From: Gemmatimonadaceae bacterium
GTDB taxonomy: Bacteria; Gemmatimonadota; Gemmatimonadetes; Gemmatimonadales; Gemmatimonadaceae
DNA: 57,921 nt
Reading direction: 5' to 3'
Assembly: GCA_039928585.1 (NCBI GenBank)
Contig: JBDSSY010000034.1
Coordinates: 1 to 57,921, forward strand
Program-made: the position numbers and the translations under genes
Shown here: in pieces, positions 17,095 to 28,643 of the stretch
Position numbering within the stretch: the first letter of the stretch is position 1
Layout: every line of letters begins with the position of its first letter
Notes under the pieces: model-generated
The model's database searches: none
What the model was told of the DNA's origin: nothing
The model's input: the letters and a program-made list of their open reading frames with translations, nothing else

Positions 17095-17703
17095 ATGGGC
17101 ACTCGCGACCCGCGCATCGACGCCTACATCGCGAAGCAGAAGGAGTTTGCGCGGCCCATCCTCGTCCGGATCCGCGACGTCGTCCACGCTGCCTGCCCCG
17201 ATGTGCACGAAACCCTGAAGTGGAGCTCACCGCACTTCGACTACCGGGGCGGGATGATGTGCGCAATGGCCGCGTTCAAGGAGCACGCGATCTTCGGTTT
17301 CTGGAAGGGTGCGCTGATCGATGGCGTCAGCCCAAATCGCAACAACGGTAGCGAGGCGATGGGAAACTTCGGTCGCCTCACGTCGGTGAAGGACCTGCCG
17401 AGCAAGAGGGCGATGATGTCGATGGTGAAGCAGGCGATGCGCCTGAACGATGAGGGGATTTCGGTGCCGAAGCAGAAGAAGGCACCGAAGCCCGAGGCCA
17501 CGGTGCCGGGTGCGTTGGCTGAGGCGTTCGACCAGAACCGGCGAGCGGCCGGCCAATTCGAGCAGTTCTCTCCCAGTCAGCGCCGTGAGTACATCGAATG
17601 GATCGACGACGCGAAGCGGGACGACACGAGGGTGAAGCGCATCGCACAAGCCATCGAGTGGATCGCCGACAGGAAGGGACGGAACTGGAAGTACCAGAAG
17701 TGA
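17095..17703 (+). CDS. YdeI/OmpD-associated family protein (DUF1801 N-terminal domain)
   Basis: 202 aa. Motifs seen: IDAYIAKQKEFARPIL..IRDVVHAA.P...ETLKWSSPHF and the C-terminal FSPSQRREYIEWIDDAKRDDTRVKRI. GAGGAG lies upstream of the ATG. Confidence 0.8.
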   Translation: MGTRDPRIDAYIAKQKEFARPILVRIRDVVHAACPDVHETLKWSSPHFDYRGGMMCAMAAFKEHAIFGFWKGALIDGVSPNRNNGSEAMGNFGRLTSVKDLPSKRAMMSMVKQAMRLNDEGISVPKQKKAPKPEATVPGALAEAFDQNRRAAGQFEQFSPSQRREYIEWIDDAKRDDTRVKRIAQAIEWIADRKGRNWKYQK

Positions 17704-17827
17704 TCGATGCGGTGACATGACACGTCGCCGTGCTCGTTCTCCGATTATCTTGTAGGGGTTCGCCTTCTGCTCGCCTCACGACGTCCTGTCGTGCGACGCT
17801 TCGCGGGCTCACAATCGCGGAGACCCC

Positions 17828-20800
17828 ATGGGGATCTCGGGTGCAGTGACGACGATTCGCTCCACGCTCTTCAGGACCGCCGCACGGGCTGCCGAACCAA
17901 CCGAGCCCATCCTCGGCGAGCTGTTCGGCATTGACCGGCTGGCCCGACATGCGCGACAACTCGCGCGTCGCCAGCGCACTGCGCCACCGGAGGGCCCGCG
18001 CCGACCCTGGCGCCGGGGACGGGGATCGCTGCTCGTCCGCCTCGACGCCACCGAGCAGGTGTTGCGCGACATTCACGAGAATCTCGCCGGCGTCACGAGT
18101 TCCGGTGTCGCCGTGAGTCCAGCCGGCGACTGGCTGCTCGACAACTACCACGTGGTAGCCGCGCAGATCGGCGAGGTGCGCGCGACACTGCCCACCAACT
18201 TCTACAACGAATTGCCGAAGCTGGCGTCGGCGAGCGCCTTCGCGGGCTATCCGCGCATCTACGAGATCGTCATCGAGCTGATCGCGCACACGGACGGCCG
18301 ACTCGATGAGGCGACGCTCGAACTGATGGTGAGCGAGTACCAGCGCGTCACACCGCTCTCGATGGGCGAGCTGTGGGCCATGCCGGCGATGTTGCGCATG
18401 GGCTTCCTGGAAAACATCCGGCACATGGCGCAGCGCGCAGCGCGCGATGCCGGCGACACGGTCGAGGCCGATGCCTGGGTGTCACGCCTGCTCGCAGCCG
18501 ACGATGCGGGATCCAAGGTGCTGGCGCACGCGCTCGCCGACTTCGTCGACCAGTCGAGGCAACTCACACCGGCGTTCCTCACGCGATTCCTGCAGCAGAT
18601 GCGCAGTCGTCGCGCCGACTTCACCCCGCTCCTCTGGCTGGAGCAGTGGATCGGCGAAGATGTCATGAGCGTGGAAGAAGCGGTGCAGCGCTCCACACAA
18701 CGCCTCGCGCTCAGCCAGCTCGTGATGGCGAACAGCATCGCCAGCCTGCGCGCCATCGGGAACATCGACTGGCGCGATTTCGTGGAGGAAGCGAGTCTCG
18801 CCGAAGCGATCCTGCGCCGCGATCCGGCCGGCGTGTATGCCTCGATGACGTTTGGTACACGCGATCGCTATCGCCACGCGGTCGAGCGGCTCGCGAGGCG
18901 CAGCCGGATGTCGGAGCAGGAGGTCGCCACCGCGGCGATCGACGCCGCCAGCGCGGGCGCGGCACGCGCCGGCCCCACCGCGCTCGAGGCGCACGTGGGT
19001 TTCCACCTCATCGACGCCGGCCAGACGTCGCTCGAGGATGCGATCGAGTACCGCGCACCGATCTCCGAACGCCTGCGCCGTCTCGCCTACGGTGCGCCGA
19101 GCGGCACCTATCTCGGCGCGATCTGCCTGCTCGCCGCGATCGCGCTCACCATCCTGCTGCGCCCGCTGCATGGCGCGGCCGGCTGGGGGATGGTCCTCGC
19201 GCTCTGTCTCGCACTCGTTCCCGCCACCGACGTCGCGGTGGCGATCGTCAATCAGCTCGTCACGCTGCTGCTGCCTCCGGGTCGCCTCCCGCGGCTCGAC
19301 TTCACGCAGCGCGTGCCCGCCGCGCATCGCACCGTGGTCGTCGTCCCGATCCTGCTCGGCAGCGTCGACGCCGTGGAGGACGCGCTCGATCATCTCGAGG
19401 CGCAGTATCTCGCGAACGACGATCCCGAGATCCGGTTCGCGCTGCTCGGTGACTTCCTCGACGCCGATCAGCCCGACGTACCGGGCGATGACGCGATCGT
19501 CGGCGCGGCCGTGTCGCGCGTGCGCGCACTCAATGCGTCGTACGTCGAACGGAACGTGACCTCTCCGTTCTACGTCTTCCATCGCGCCCGGCGCTTCAAC
19601 ACGGCGGACCGGAAGTGGATGGGGTGGGAGCGAAAGCGCGGCAAGCTGGCCGACTTCAACGCCTTCGTGCTCGGCGGCGGCGGCGACGCGTTTTCCATCG
19701 CTGAAGGCGACCTGCCGTGGCTGCACTCGGCGCGCTACGTGATCACGCTCGATTCCGACACCGTGCTGCCCCGCGATGCCGGCGTCACGCTGATCGGAAC
19801 GCTCGCCCACCCACTCAACCGCGCCGAGTTCGACGAGAAGATCGGACGTGTGACGCGCGGCTACGGCATTCTCCAGCCGCGCGTCAGCGTCTCGCTGGCG
19901 AGCGCGAACGGCTCCCGCTACGCCGCGATCTTCGCCGGTCATCCCGGCGTCGATCCGTACACCACAGCGGTCTCCGATGTGTATCAGGACCTGTTTGCCG
20001 AGGGCACCTATACCGGCAAGGGAATCTACGACGTCGCCGTGTTCGAGCGCGCGACGGCGGGTCGCTTTCCCGAGAACTCGCTGCTCAGCCACGACCTGAT
20101 CGAGGGCTCGTTCGCCCGCGCGGCGCTCGTGACAGACGTCGAGGTCTTCGACGATTATCCGACGCGATACCTGACAGCGACACGGCGGATGCACCGCTGG
20201 ATTCGCGGCGACTGGCAGTTGCTCCCGTGGCTGGTGTCGGAGATTCCCGGACCGCGCGGCCGGGGGGTGAATCCGCTCGCACCCGTCTCGCGCTGGAAGA
20301 TGCTGGACAACATGCGCCGCAGCGTCACGCCGGTGCTCGCGCTCGCGTGGCTCGTGGCGGGATGGACCGTTCTCCCCAACGCCGGCGTGTCGTGGAGCCT
20401 CACGATGCTCGCCGCGTTCGCCTTCCCATGGTACGCGCCGCTGCTCGTCGCGGCGGTGCGCCCGCCGCGGGGCGAGTCCTGGTGGCCGTACTACGCCGGA
20501 CTCCTGCACGATCTGTCGAGCAGTGCGCAGCAGTTCGCCATCGCCATCGTCATGCTACCGCACCAGGCGCTGCTGGCGGCCGACGGCATCGTCCGCACGA
20601 TCTATCGCGTCACGGTGTCGCAATCGCGGATGCTCGAGTGGCAGACGGCGTCGCAGGCGGAGCAGGCGAGTCTCGGAGGTCGCGGGCCGGTCTGGCAGCG
20701 GATGGCATCCGCGGTGGGCCTGGCGATCGTGCTGCTCGTTCCCATGTGGGCGAGCGTGCTCGAGAGCGGGACGTCGCTGGTGGGTTGGCTGCTACTCGGC

Positions 20801-23800
20801 GCCCTCAGCGTGTGCTGGACGCTCGCGCCGGAGATCGCCGGTGCGCTCAGCGCACCACGCGTGCGCACCGAGCTGGAACTCACTGCGGCCGAGCGGGCGC
20901 GGGCGCTGCGATACGCGGCGAGTCACTGGCGGTATTTCGAGCAGCTCGCGACGGCGGACACGCACTGGCTCATCCCGGACAATCTCCAGGAGACACCGAC
21001 CCCCCTGGTCGCCGCGCGCACATCGCCCACGAACATCGGGCTGCAACTGCTCGCGACCATGTCGGCCGGCGACCTCGGGCTCATCACCTCCGCGGAGGTG
21101 ATCGACCGGCTGGAGCGCGTGCTTGCGACCATGGAGCGGCTGCCGAAGGTGCACGGGCACCTGATGAACTGGTACGACCTCACGCACCTCCGTGTGCTGG
21201 ATCCGCCGTACGTGTCCGCAGTAGACTCGGGCAACCTGGCCGGCCACCTCATGGCGCTGGCGATGGGGTGCACGGAGGAGACGGGAGTGGCGGAGTCCGA
21301 CCTTCCGCGCCTGCGCCGCATCGGCGAGCGCGCGCGCGAGATGGCGATGGCGATGGACTTCAGGCTGTTCTACGACGCTCGTCGCCGGCTCATGTCGATC
21401 GGCTTCGACGTGCGATCGGGAAGACTGGACGAGTCCGCGTACGATCTGCTCGCCTCGGAATCGCGACTGGCGAGCTTCGTCGCCGTGGCGAAGGGCGATG
21501 TTCCGGTGGAGCACTGGTTCCATCTGGGCCGCACGCTCACGAAGACAGCGAGTGCCACGGCGCTGGTGTCGTGGAGCGGCAGCATGTTCGAGTACCTGAT
21601 GCCCGTGCTGGTCATGGCGTCGCGTCCGTTCTCGCTTCTCGAGCAGACGCACCAGGCCGCCGTCCGTCGCCAGATCGGGTATGCGGCGGCGCGCGGCGTG
21701 CCGTGGGGCAATTCGGAGTCCGCGTACAATGTGCGCGATCGCCACGACACCTATCAGTATCGCGCGTTCGGCGTGCCCGATTTGGCGCTCAAGCGCGGAC
21801 TCGCGTCCGACGTCGTCGTCGCCCCGTACGCCGCCGCACTCGCGCTGGCCGTGGATCCCCATCTCGCGATGGAAAATCTCGCGGCGGTGGAAGCGCTCGG
21901 CGCCCTGGGCACCTTCGGCTTCTACGACGCCCTCGATTACACGCGGCCCGATCCGGATGCGACATTCGCACTGGTGCGCACGTTCATGGCGCATCACATC
22001 GGCATGACGCTCGTCGCGATCGACAACGCGCTGCATCTCGACGGGGGCCAGGGCGTCTGGCAGCGCCGCTTCATGCGTGATCCGGCGGCGCGGGCCTCGT
22101 CGCTGCTGCTCGACGAACGGGTGCCTCGTCGCTACACGACGCTTCCGGCGCAACGCGACGATTCGTTCGAGGCGTACGAGCGGCCGGCGCGGGCGCGGGC
22201 GGTGGTACGCGAATTCGGCGATCCCGACACGGCCGAGCCACACGTGGGGCTGCTCGGCGGCCAGGCGTACTGCCTGCTGCTCACCAACGCCGGGGGTGGC
22301 TATTCTCGCGCGGGCGGGAAGGACGTGTTCCGATGGCGCGCCGACGCGACGAAAGACGAGACAGGCCACTGGCTCTACCTGCGTGACCTCACGAGCGGAG
22401 ATGTCTGGTCGGCCACGCACCAGCCCGTGCGCGCGCCGGCATCGTCCTACCACGTCTCGTTCGCGACCGACCGCGCGGTGTACACGCGCATCGATGGCGC
22501 CATCGAGACGCGTACGGAGATCACGGTGGTGCCGCGCGAGCGCGCCGAGATCCGCCGCGTCACGGTGTGCAATCAGTCCCGTGCCTCGCGCGAGGTGGAG
22601 ATCACGAGCTACGGCGAGGTCGTGCTCACCGACGCCGGATCAGATCGCGCCCATCCCGCCTTCCAGAACCTGTTCGTGGAGACGGAGTGGCTACCGGAGC
22701 TCGGTGCCGTGCTCGCGAGCCGCCGTCCCCGTTCCGCGGTGGAGCAGCGCCCGTGGTGTGCACACGTCCTGGCGACCGGGGTGGACCGCGTCGGCGACAT
22801 TTCATGCGAGACCGACCGGGCGCGATTCGTCGGCCGCGGCCGCACGACGCACGCGCCCGCCGCGCTCGACGACGGCGCGGAACTGTCGGGCAGCGCCGGC
22901 GCGGTGCTCGACCCGATCGTCGCGCTCCGCTGCCGCGTGCGGCTCGAGCCGGGCCGCTCGGCCACGATCGCCTTCACGACGATCGTCGCCGATTCGCGCG
23001 AGCAGGCGCTCCAGGCCGTGGATCGCTATCGCGACACCGGCGCCGCGCGCCGCGCGCTCGCGCTCATGGGCACCGAGGCGCGGATCGAGTTGCGCGACCT
23101 CGACATCTCGCCCACCGATGCCGCGCTGTATCAGGATCTCGCGGGCGCCCTGATTTATCCGCGCGAGACGCTACGAGCCACGAGGGCGGAGCGCATCGCG
23201 AATCAGCGCGGACAGACAGCGCTGTGGGCGCACGGCATCTCCGGCGACTGGCCGATCGTGCTCGCGACCATCCGCGACACGACCGGGCTGCCCAGTGTAC
23301 GCCAGCTTCTCGCCGCACACACGTACTGGCGCATGAAGGGCGTGCGCTGCGATCTCGTCATCCTGAACGCGAAGGGTCCGTCGTACATCCAGGATCTTCA
23401 GGACCAGATCACCACCATGGTGGTGTCCTCGAGTGAAGGCGGCGTGCTCGAGACGCCTGGCGGCGTGTTCATCCGTCGCGTGGACGTGCTGCCGGAGGAG
23501 GATGTCGCCCTGCTGCGCGCCACGGCCGCGATCCACGTCGTGTGCGACGGCGTCGGGCTGGGCGAGATCGTCGGTGCCACTGATGGCGACTTCAGTTTCA
23601 CCACGCGGCCCGCCGCGGCGCCGCTGCGGACAGTGCGCCGCGCCGCGCGGCCCGCGCCGGACAGCGGCAACGGATTCGGCGAACTCACCGCAGCGAACGA
23701 TTACGCGATCACCGTGGAGGGCGCGCACGTTCCGCCGGCTCCGTGGGCGAACGTGATCGCGAACGTGAACGCGGGCTTCTGCGTCACCGAGCGCGGCGGC

Positions 23801-26113
23801 GGCTTTTCGTGGGCCGAGAACAGCTATTTCTATCGGCTCACACCGTGGTTCAACGATCCGGTCAGCGACCCGGGCGGTGAGGTGCTGTACCTCCAGGATG
23901 CCGAGTCGGGCCGGTCGTGGACGCCGACACCCGGTCCCGCACCCGCGATGGACGGCGAGGATGACGCCGCGTATCGCGTGGTTCACGCGCCCGGACGTAC
24001 CACGTTCGAGCACGCGCGCCACGGCATCACGACCGAGCTCACGATGGCGGTGCCGGTCCTCGACCCGGTGAAAGTGACCCGCCTGCGGCTGAGGAACGAT
24101 GGCCCCTCGGCGCGCACGATCGTCGTCACCAGCTTCGTCGAGTGGGTGCTCGGCACCGATCGCCAGAACACGCGACACCAGCTGCACACGAGCCGCGACG
24201 ACACGACGGGCGCCCTGTTCGCGCAGAACTTCTTCACGGAGGAGTTCGCGTCGCGCGTCGCATTCTCGTGGATCAGCGAGCCGGTCACCAGCGCCACCGC
24301 GTCGCGTGCCGGCTTCATCGGGCGCAACGGCGACCTCGCCAATCCCGCCGCGCTCTCCGTGGCGAATCTCGACGACGACGTACTCGGCGCCGGCGACGAC
24401 CCGTGCGCCGCGCTTCGGTGCGCAATTGTGCTGCAGGCCGGCGAGACCCGGGAGCTGGTCGTACTGCTCGGCGCCGCGACCAGCGAAAAGGAAGCGCGGG
24501 CGATCATTCATCGGTGTGGCACCCCTGCGTTGGCCGTGCAGGTGCAGCAGCAGGCGGTAGCGCGCTGGGAGGATCGCCTGTCGACGATCCGCGTCCGCAC
24601 GCCCTCGCCCGAATTCGATGCGCTGGTGAATCGGTGGACACTGTATCAGGCGCTCTCGTGCCGGATGTGGGCTCGCTCCGCGCTCTATCAATCGAGTGGC
24701 GCATACGGATTCCGCGATCAGCTGCAGGATGGCATGGCGTTCGTGTACACGGATCCCGATGTCACGCGTGCGCACATCCTGCGGTCGGCCAGCCACCAGT
24801 TCGTGGAGGGCGACGTGCAGCATTGGTGGCACGAGCCGAGTGGTCGCGGGGTGCGGACGAGGTTCAGCGACGATCTCGTGTGGCTCGCCTTCACGACCGA
24901 TCACTACGTGCGCGTCACGGGGGATACCGGCGTGTGGGATGAGCAGGTGGGGTATCTGGAAATGCGCCCGCTCGAGCCGCACGAGCACGAGGTGTACGAC
25001 CGGCCGATCCGCAGCGCGCGGACGGACTCGCTCTACGCGCATTGCCTCGCCGCGCTCACCCACGCATGCACCGAGGGCGCGCACGGACTGCCGCTCTTCG
25101 GTACGGGAGACTGGAACGACGGCATGAGCCGCGTCGGCATGGACGGCAAGGGTGAGAGCGTGTGGCTCGCCTGGTTTCTCGTCGCCACGCTGCGCCGCTT
25201 CGCCGATCACGCCGAGGTGCGCGGAGACCGGAACGTCGTCGTGTGGTGCCGCACGCGCGCCGACGACTACGCTGCGTCGGTGGAACGGGAAGCGTGGGAC
25301 GGCGCGTGGTACCGGCGCGCCTACTTCGACGATGGGAGCGCGCTCGGGAGCGCGTCGTCCGAGGAGGCACAGATCGACGCCATCGCGCAGAGCTGGGCGG
25401 TACTGTCCGGTGCGGGCAATCCCGAGCGCGCGCGGACGGCGATGCGCTCGGTCGGCGAGCGCCTCGTGCGCGACGATGACCGGCTGATTCTTCTGTTGAC
25501 CCCGCCCTTCGACAAGACTGAACGCGATCCTGGATACATCAAGGGCTACCTGCCGGGCGTTCGCGAGAACGGGGCGCAGTACACCCACGCCGCGCTCTGG
25601 ACCGTGCTCGCGGCGGTCGGTCTCTCCGATGGTGATCGCGCATTCCATCTGCTGGATCTGCTGAACCCGCTCACGCACGCGCGCACGCCGCACGAAGCCG
25701 ACACCTACAAGGTGGAGCCGTACGTGGTGGCCGCCGACGTGTACACGGCGCCCGGGCATGTGGGCCGAGGAGGGTGGACCTGGTATACCGGGTCGGCGAG
25801 CTGGAGCTATCGCGTCGCGCTCGAAGGGCTGCTCGGCTTCACCAAGCGGGGCAACCGGCTGCGCATCGTCCCTTGCATTCCGTCATCGTGGGACGAGGTG
25901 ACGATCGACTATCGATACGGCGCGAGCACGTATGCGATCACGATCGTGAACCCGGACGGCGTGTCCACGGGCGCGCGGCTCGTGGAAGTGGACGGCGTGG
26001 CGAGCATCGATGGCGAGATCGAGCTGGTCGATGACGGTGTCGCGCGCGTGGTGCGGGTGACGATGGGTGAAGCCGAAATGGCGTCGGCCGCGACGATGCT
26101 GAACGAAGTGTAG
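17828..26113 (+). CDS. ndvB: cyclic beta-1,2-glucan synthase-like protein (membrane glycosyltransferase plus C-terminal GH94 phosphorylase-like domain)
   Basis: A single 2761-aa ORF. It shows GT motifs ITLDSDTVLPRD and RRMHRWIRGDWQLLPW, multiple TM segments, and C-terminal GH94-type motifs QHWWHEPSGRGVRTRFSDDLVWL and FGTGDWNDGM. GGAGA lies upstream of the ATG. Confidence 0.88.
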   Translation: MGISGAVTTIRSTLFRTAARAAEPTEPILGELFGIDRLARHARQLARRQRTAPPEGPRRPWRRGRGSLLVRLDATEQVLRDIHENLAGVTSSGVAVSPAGDWLLDNYHVVAAQIGEVRATLPTNFYNELPKLASASAFAGYPRIYEIVIELIAHTDGRLDEATLELMVSEYQRVTPLSMGELWAMPAMLRMGFLENIRHMAQRAARDAGDTVEADAWVSRLLAADDAGSKVLAHALADFVDQSRQLTPAFLTRFLQQMRSRRADFTPLLWLEQWIGEDVMSVEEAVQRSTQRLALSQLVMANSIASLRAIGNIDWRDFVEEASLAEAILRRDPAGVYASMTFGTRDRYRHAVERLARRSRMSEQEVATAAIDAASAGAARAGPTALEAHVGFHLIDAGQTSLEDAIEYRAPISERLRRLAYGAPSGTYLGAICLLAAIALTILLRPLHGAAGWGMVLALCLALVPATDVAVAIVNQLVTLLLPPGRLPRLDFTQRVPAAHRTVVVVPILLGSVDAVEDALDHLEAQYLANDDPEIRFALLGDFLDADQPDVPGDDAIVGAAVSRVRALNASYVERNVTSPFYVFHRARRFNTADRKWMGWERKRGKLADFNAFVLGGGGDAFSIAEGDLPWLHSARYVITLDSDTVLPRDAGVTLIGTLAHPLNRAEFDEKIGRVTRGYGILQPRVSVSLASANGSRYAAIFAGHPGVDPYTTAVSDVYQDLFAEGTYTGKGIYDVAVFERATAGRFPENSLLSHDLIEGSFARAALVTDVEVFDDYPTRYLTATRRMHRWIRGDWQLLPWLVSEIPGPRGRGVNPLAPVSRWKMLDNMRRSVTPVLALAWLVAGWTVLPNAGVSWSLTMLAAFAFPWYAPLLVAAVRPPRGESWWPYYAGLLHDLSSSAQQFAIAIVMLPHQALLAADGIVRTIYRVTVSQSRMLEWQTASQAEQASLGGRGPVWQRMASAVGLAIVLLVPMWASVLESGTSLVGWLLLGALSVCWTLAPEIAGALSAPRVRTELELTAAERARALRYAASHWRYFEQLATADTHWLIPDNLQETPTPLVAARTSPTNIGLQLLATMSAGDLGLITSAEVIDRLERVLATMERLPKVHGHLMNWYDLTHLRVLDPPYVSAVDSGNLAGHLMALAMGCTEETGVAESDLPRLRRIGERAREMAMAMDFRLFYDARRRLMSIGFDVRSGRLDESAYDLLASESRLASFVAVAKGDVPVEHWFHLGRTLTKTASATALVSWSGSMFEYLMPVLVMASRPFSLLEQTHQAAVRRQIGYAAARGVPWGNSESAYNVRDRHDTYQYRAFGVPDLALKRGLASDVVVAPYAAALALAVDPHLAMENLAAVEALGALGTFGFYDALDYTRPDPDATFALVRTFMAHHIGMTLVAIDNALHLDGGQGVWQRRFMRDPAARASSLLLDERVPRRYTTLPAQRDDSFEAYERPARARAVVREFGDPDTAEPHVGLLGGQAYCLLLTNAGGGYSRAGGKDVFRWRADATKDETGHWLYLRDLTSGDVWSATHQPVRAPASSYHVSFATDRAVYTRIDGAIETRTEITVVPRERAEIRRVTVCNQSRASREVEITSYGEVVLTDAGSDRAHPAFQNLFVETEWLPELGAVLASRRPRSAVEQRPWCAHVLATGVDRVGDISCETDRARFVGRGRTTHAPAALDDGAELSGSAGAVLDPIVALRCRVRLEPGRSATIAFTTIVADSREQALQAVDRYRDTGAARRALALMGTEARIELRDLDISPTDAALYQDLAGALIYPRETLRATRAERIANQRGQTALWAHGISGDWPIVLATIRDTTGLPSVRQLLAAHTYWRMKGVRCDLVILNAKGPSYIQDLQDQITTMVVSSSEGGVLETPGGVFIRRVDVLPEEDVALLRATAAIHVVCDGVGLGEIVGATDGDFSFTTRPAAAPLRTVRRAARPAPDSGNGFGELTAANDYAITVEGAHVPPAPWANVIANVNAGFCVTERGGGFSWAENSYFYRLTPWFNDPVSDPGGEVLYLQDAESGRSWTPTPGPAPAMDGEDDAAYRVVHAPGRTTFEHARHGITTELTMAVPVLDPVKVTRLRLRNDGPSARTIVVTSFVEWVLGTDRQNTRHQLHTSRDDTTGALFAQNFFTEEFASRVAFSWISEPVTSATASRAGFIGRNGDLANPAALSVANLDDDVLGAGDDPCAALRCAIVLQAGETRELVVLLGAATSEKEARAIIHRCGTPALAVQVQQQAVARWEDRLSTIRVRTPSPEFDALVNRWTLYQALSCRMWARSALYQSSGAYGFRDQLQDGMAFVYTDPDVTRAHILRSASHQFVEGDVQHWWHEPSGRGVRTRFSDDLVWLAFTTDHYVRVTGDTGVWDEQVGYLEMRPLEPHEHEVYDRPIRSARTDSLYAHCLAALTHACTEGAHGLPLFGTGDWNDGMSRVGMDGKGESVWLAWFLVATLRRFADHAEVRGDRNVVVWCRTRADDYAASVEREAWDGAWYRRAYFDDGSALGSASSEEAQIDAIAQSWAVLSGAGNPERARTAMRSVGERLVRDDDRLILLLTPPFDKTERDPGYIKGYLPGVRENGAQYTHAALWTVLAAVGLSDGDRAFHLLDLLNPLTHARTPHEADTYKVEPYVVAADVYTAPGHVGRGGWTWYTGSASWSYRVALEGLLGFTKRGNRLRIVPCIPSSWDEVTIDYRYGASTYAITIVNPDGVSTGARLVEVDGVASIDGEIELVDDGVARVVRVTMGEAEMASAATMLNEV

Positions 26114-26182
26114 ACGCCACAACGCGTGCCGCCATCGGCGGCCGCCGCGGCGAGGTGGACGTTTCACGAACAGGGCGGTTCC

Positions 26183-28573
26183 ATGCCGACAACGTTGCCT
26201 TCACCGAACGCCTCGTCCGAGCGCGTTGACGCGCTCGCCCTTCTCGACGCGTATTGGCGCGCGGCGAATTATCTGTCCGTTGGACAGATCTACTTGCGCG
26301 CGAACCCGCTGCTGCGCGAGCCCCTGTCGATCGAGCACGTCAAGCCGCGCCTGCTCGGCCACTGGGGGACGACTCCGGGCCTGAATTTCATCTACGCGCA
26401 CATGAACCGGGTCATCCGGTCGCGCGATCTCGACGCGATCTTCATCGCCGGGCCGGGCCATGGCGGACCTGGGGTGATCGCGAACACCTACCTCGAGGGC
26501 ACGTACAGCGAGGTGTACCCGGAGGTATCGCGGAATGTCGCTGGCCTCACGCGGCTGTTCCGGCAGTTCTCCTATCCGGGTGGCATTCCAAGTCACGTCG
26601 CGCCGGAAACTCCGGGGTCCATTCACGAAGGTGGCGAGCTCGGATATTCGCTGCTGCATGCGTACGGCGCGGCGTTCGACAACCCGGGCTTGCTCGTGTG
26701 TTGCGTGATCGGGGACGGCGAGGCGGAGACTGCAGCACTCGCGGCGAGCTGGCACTCGAACAAGTTTCTCAATCCGGCCCACGATGGAGCGGTGCTGCCG
26801 ATCCTGCACCTGAACGGCTACAAGATCGCCGGTCCCACGGTCCTCGCACGCATCGCTGAGTCGGAGCTCACGGCGTTGATGCATGGTTACGGCTTCGAGC
26901 CGTTCTATGTGAGGGGCGAGCATGCGCGGCCCATGCATGAGCTGATGGCGGACACGCTCGATCAGGTGGTGGAACGCATTCACTCGATCCAGCGGGATGC
27001 GCGTGAGCGCGGCATCACGGCGCGGCCGCGATGGCCCATGATCGTCCTCGCATCGCCCAAGGGGTGGACCGGACCAGCGAGCGTGGATGGACAGCCGGCT
27101 GAGGGATCCTTCCGCTCGCATCAGGTTCCGCTGGCGGGGCTGGCGGAGAACCCCGTGCACTTCCGTCAGCTCGAGGAGTGGATGCGAAGCTATCGGCCGG
27201 AAGAGCTGTTCGATGGCGACGGTGCACTGCGTGCCGATCTGTCGGAGCTCGCGCCACTGGGCAATCGGCGCATGAGCGCGAATCCCCACGCGAACGGCGG
27301 CCTGCTGCTGCGCGATCTCGAGCTACCCGACTTCCGCGACTACGCCATCACCGTGAAGCGACCGGGCGCCGTGGACGGTGAGGCGACCCGCGTGCTCGGC
27401 AAGCTGCTGCGGGATACGATGCGTCTCAACGAGCCGTCGTCGAACTTCCGCATCATGGGGCCGGACGAGACCACATCCAACCGGCTCGATGCACTCTTCG
27501 AGGCAACCGACCGCGTGTCTCTCGCTGATATCCTCCCCACGGACGACCACGTGTCGCGCGACGGACGAGTGATGGAGGTATTGAGCGAGCACATGTGCCA
27601 AGGGTGGCTCGAGGGATACCTGCTGACCGGACGTCACGGCCTCTTTTCCTGCTACGAGGCGTTCATCCACATCGTGGACTCGATGTTCAATCAGCACGCC
27701 AAGTGGCTCCAGACGACGCGACACATTCCCTGGCGCAAACCGATCGCCTCGCTCAACTACCTGCTCACGTCGCACGTCTGGCGGCAGGACCACAACGGGA
27801 ACAGCCACCAGGACCCTGGCTTCCTCGATCTAGTGGTGAACAAGAAGGCCGACATCATCCGCGTCTATCTTCCCCCCGACGCGAACACGCTGCTGTCGGT
27901 GGCGGATCATTGCCTGCGCAGTCGCAACTATGTGAACGTGATCGTGGCGGGCAAGCAGCCGGCGCCCCAGTGGCTCGACATCGAGGCCGCCGCGTTGCAC
28001 TGCGAGGCGGGACTCGGCATCTGGGAATGGGCGAGTACCGAGAGCGGGAAGAAACCCGACGTCGTGCTCGCCTGCGCCGGCGACGTGCCGACGCTCGAAC
28101 TGCTGGCCGCAGCAGCCATCATCCGCCAGTGGCTGCCCCGCGTGCGCGTTCGCGTCGTGAATGTCGTGGACCTGATGACGCTGCAGCCGGAGCGCGAGCA
28201 CCCGCATGGACTGAGCGACCAGGCGTTCGACGCGATCTTCACGACGGACAAGCCCATCGTCTTCGCCTTTCACGGTTATCCCTCGCTCATCCACCGGCTC
28301 ACCTACCGACGCACCAACCACGGCAACCTGCATGTGCGCGGTTACAAGGAGGAGGGAACGACCACGACTCCGTTCGACATGACCGTGTTGAACGATCTCG
28401 ATCGTTTCCATCTGGTGCTCGACGTCATTGCCCGCGTGCCGCATCTGGCCACCGATCGCGATGCCATGAACGCGGCTGAGCACTGTCGCGCGATGCTCGC
28501 CCGTCACGCGGTGTACATCCGCGAGCACGGCGACGACATGCCTGAAGTGCGCGACTGGCGATGGCCGGCATGA
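26183..28573 (+). CDS. xfp: phosphoketolase (xylulose-5-phosphate/fructose-6-phosphate phosphoketolase)
   Basis: ORF 26126..28573. I start at [12 protein letters not shown] (ATG 26183). Signatures seen: [25 protein letters not shown] and [13 protein letters not shown]. Confidence 0.93.
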   Translation: MPTTLPSPNASSERVDALALLDAYWRAANYLSVGQIYLRANPLLREPLSIEHVKPRLLGHWGTTPGLNFIYAHMNRVIRSRDLDAIFIAGPGHGGPGVIANTYLEGTYSEVYPEVSRNVAGLTRLFRQFSYPGGIPSHVAPETPGSIHEGGELGYSLLHAYGAAFDNPGLLVCCVIGDGEAETAALAASWHSNKFLNPAHDGAVLPILHLNGYKIAGPTVLARIAESELTALMHGYGFEPFYVRGEHARPMHELMADTLDQVVERIHSIQRDARERGITARPRWPMIVLASPKGWTGPASVDGQPAEGSFRSHQVPLAGLAENPVHFRQLEEWMRSYRPEELFDGDGALRADLSELAPLGNRRMSANPHANGGLLLRDLELPDFRDYAITVKRPGAVDGEATRVLGKLLRDTMRLNEPSSNFRIMGPDETTSNRLDALFEATDRVSLADILPTDDHVSRDGRVMEVLSEHMCQGWLEGYLLTGRHGLFSCYEAFIHIVDSMFNQHAKWLQTTRHIPWRKPIASLNYLLTSHVWRQDHNGNSHQDPGFLDLVVNKKADIIRVYLPPDANTLLSVADHCLRSRNYVNVIVAGKQPAPQWLDIEAAALHCEAGLGIWEWASTESGKKPDVVLACAGDVPTLELLAAAAIIRQWLPRVRVRVVNVVDLMTLQPEREHPHGLSDQAFDAIFTTDKPIVFAFHGYPSLIHRLTYRRTNHGNLHVRGYKEEGTTTTPFDMTVLNDLDRFHLVLDVIARVPHLATDRDAMNAAEHCRAMLARHAVYIREHGDDMPEVRDWRWPA

Positions 28574-28643
28574 GATGTGGCGTGGCGCCCTGTCGTGGCG
28601 AGCGGAACGACCTGGCATCGCGATCCGCTGTTCCCCCGCGCCG

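Noticed and set aside
17703-17828. Riboswitch or sRNA upstream of the giant glucan synthase gene (the region is slightly AT-richer and has hairpins CGGTGAC-N7-GTCGCCG and CACGAC-N5-GTCGTG)
   Set aside because: The stems are short, and I cannot match any known riboswitch consensus by eye. This is more likely a weak terminator for the YdeI-like gene plus a promoter region.
18482-25759. Several very long alternative-frame or antisense ORFs inside the glucan synthase gene (for example 18482..20509 -, 19717..22080 +, 20792..22453 -, 23171..25759 -)
   Set aside because: All are R/A/G/P/H-rich low-information translations. The single 2761-aa + frame carries GT and GH94 motifs throughout, so these are shadow ORFs.
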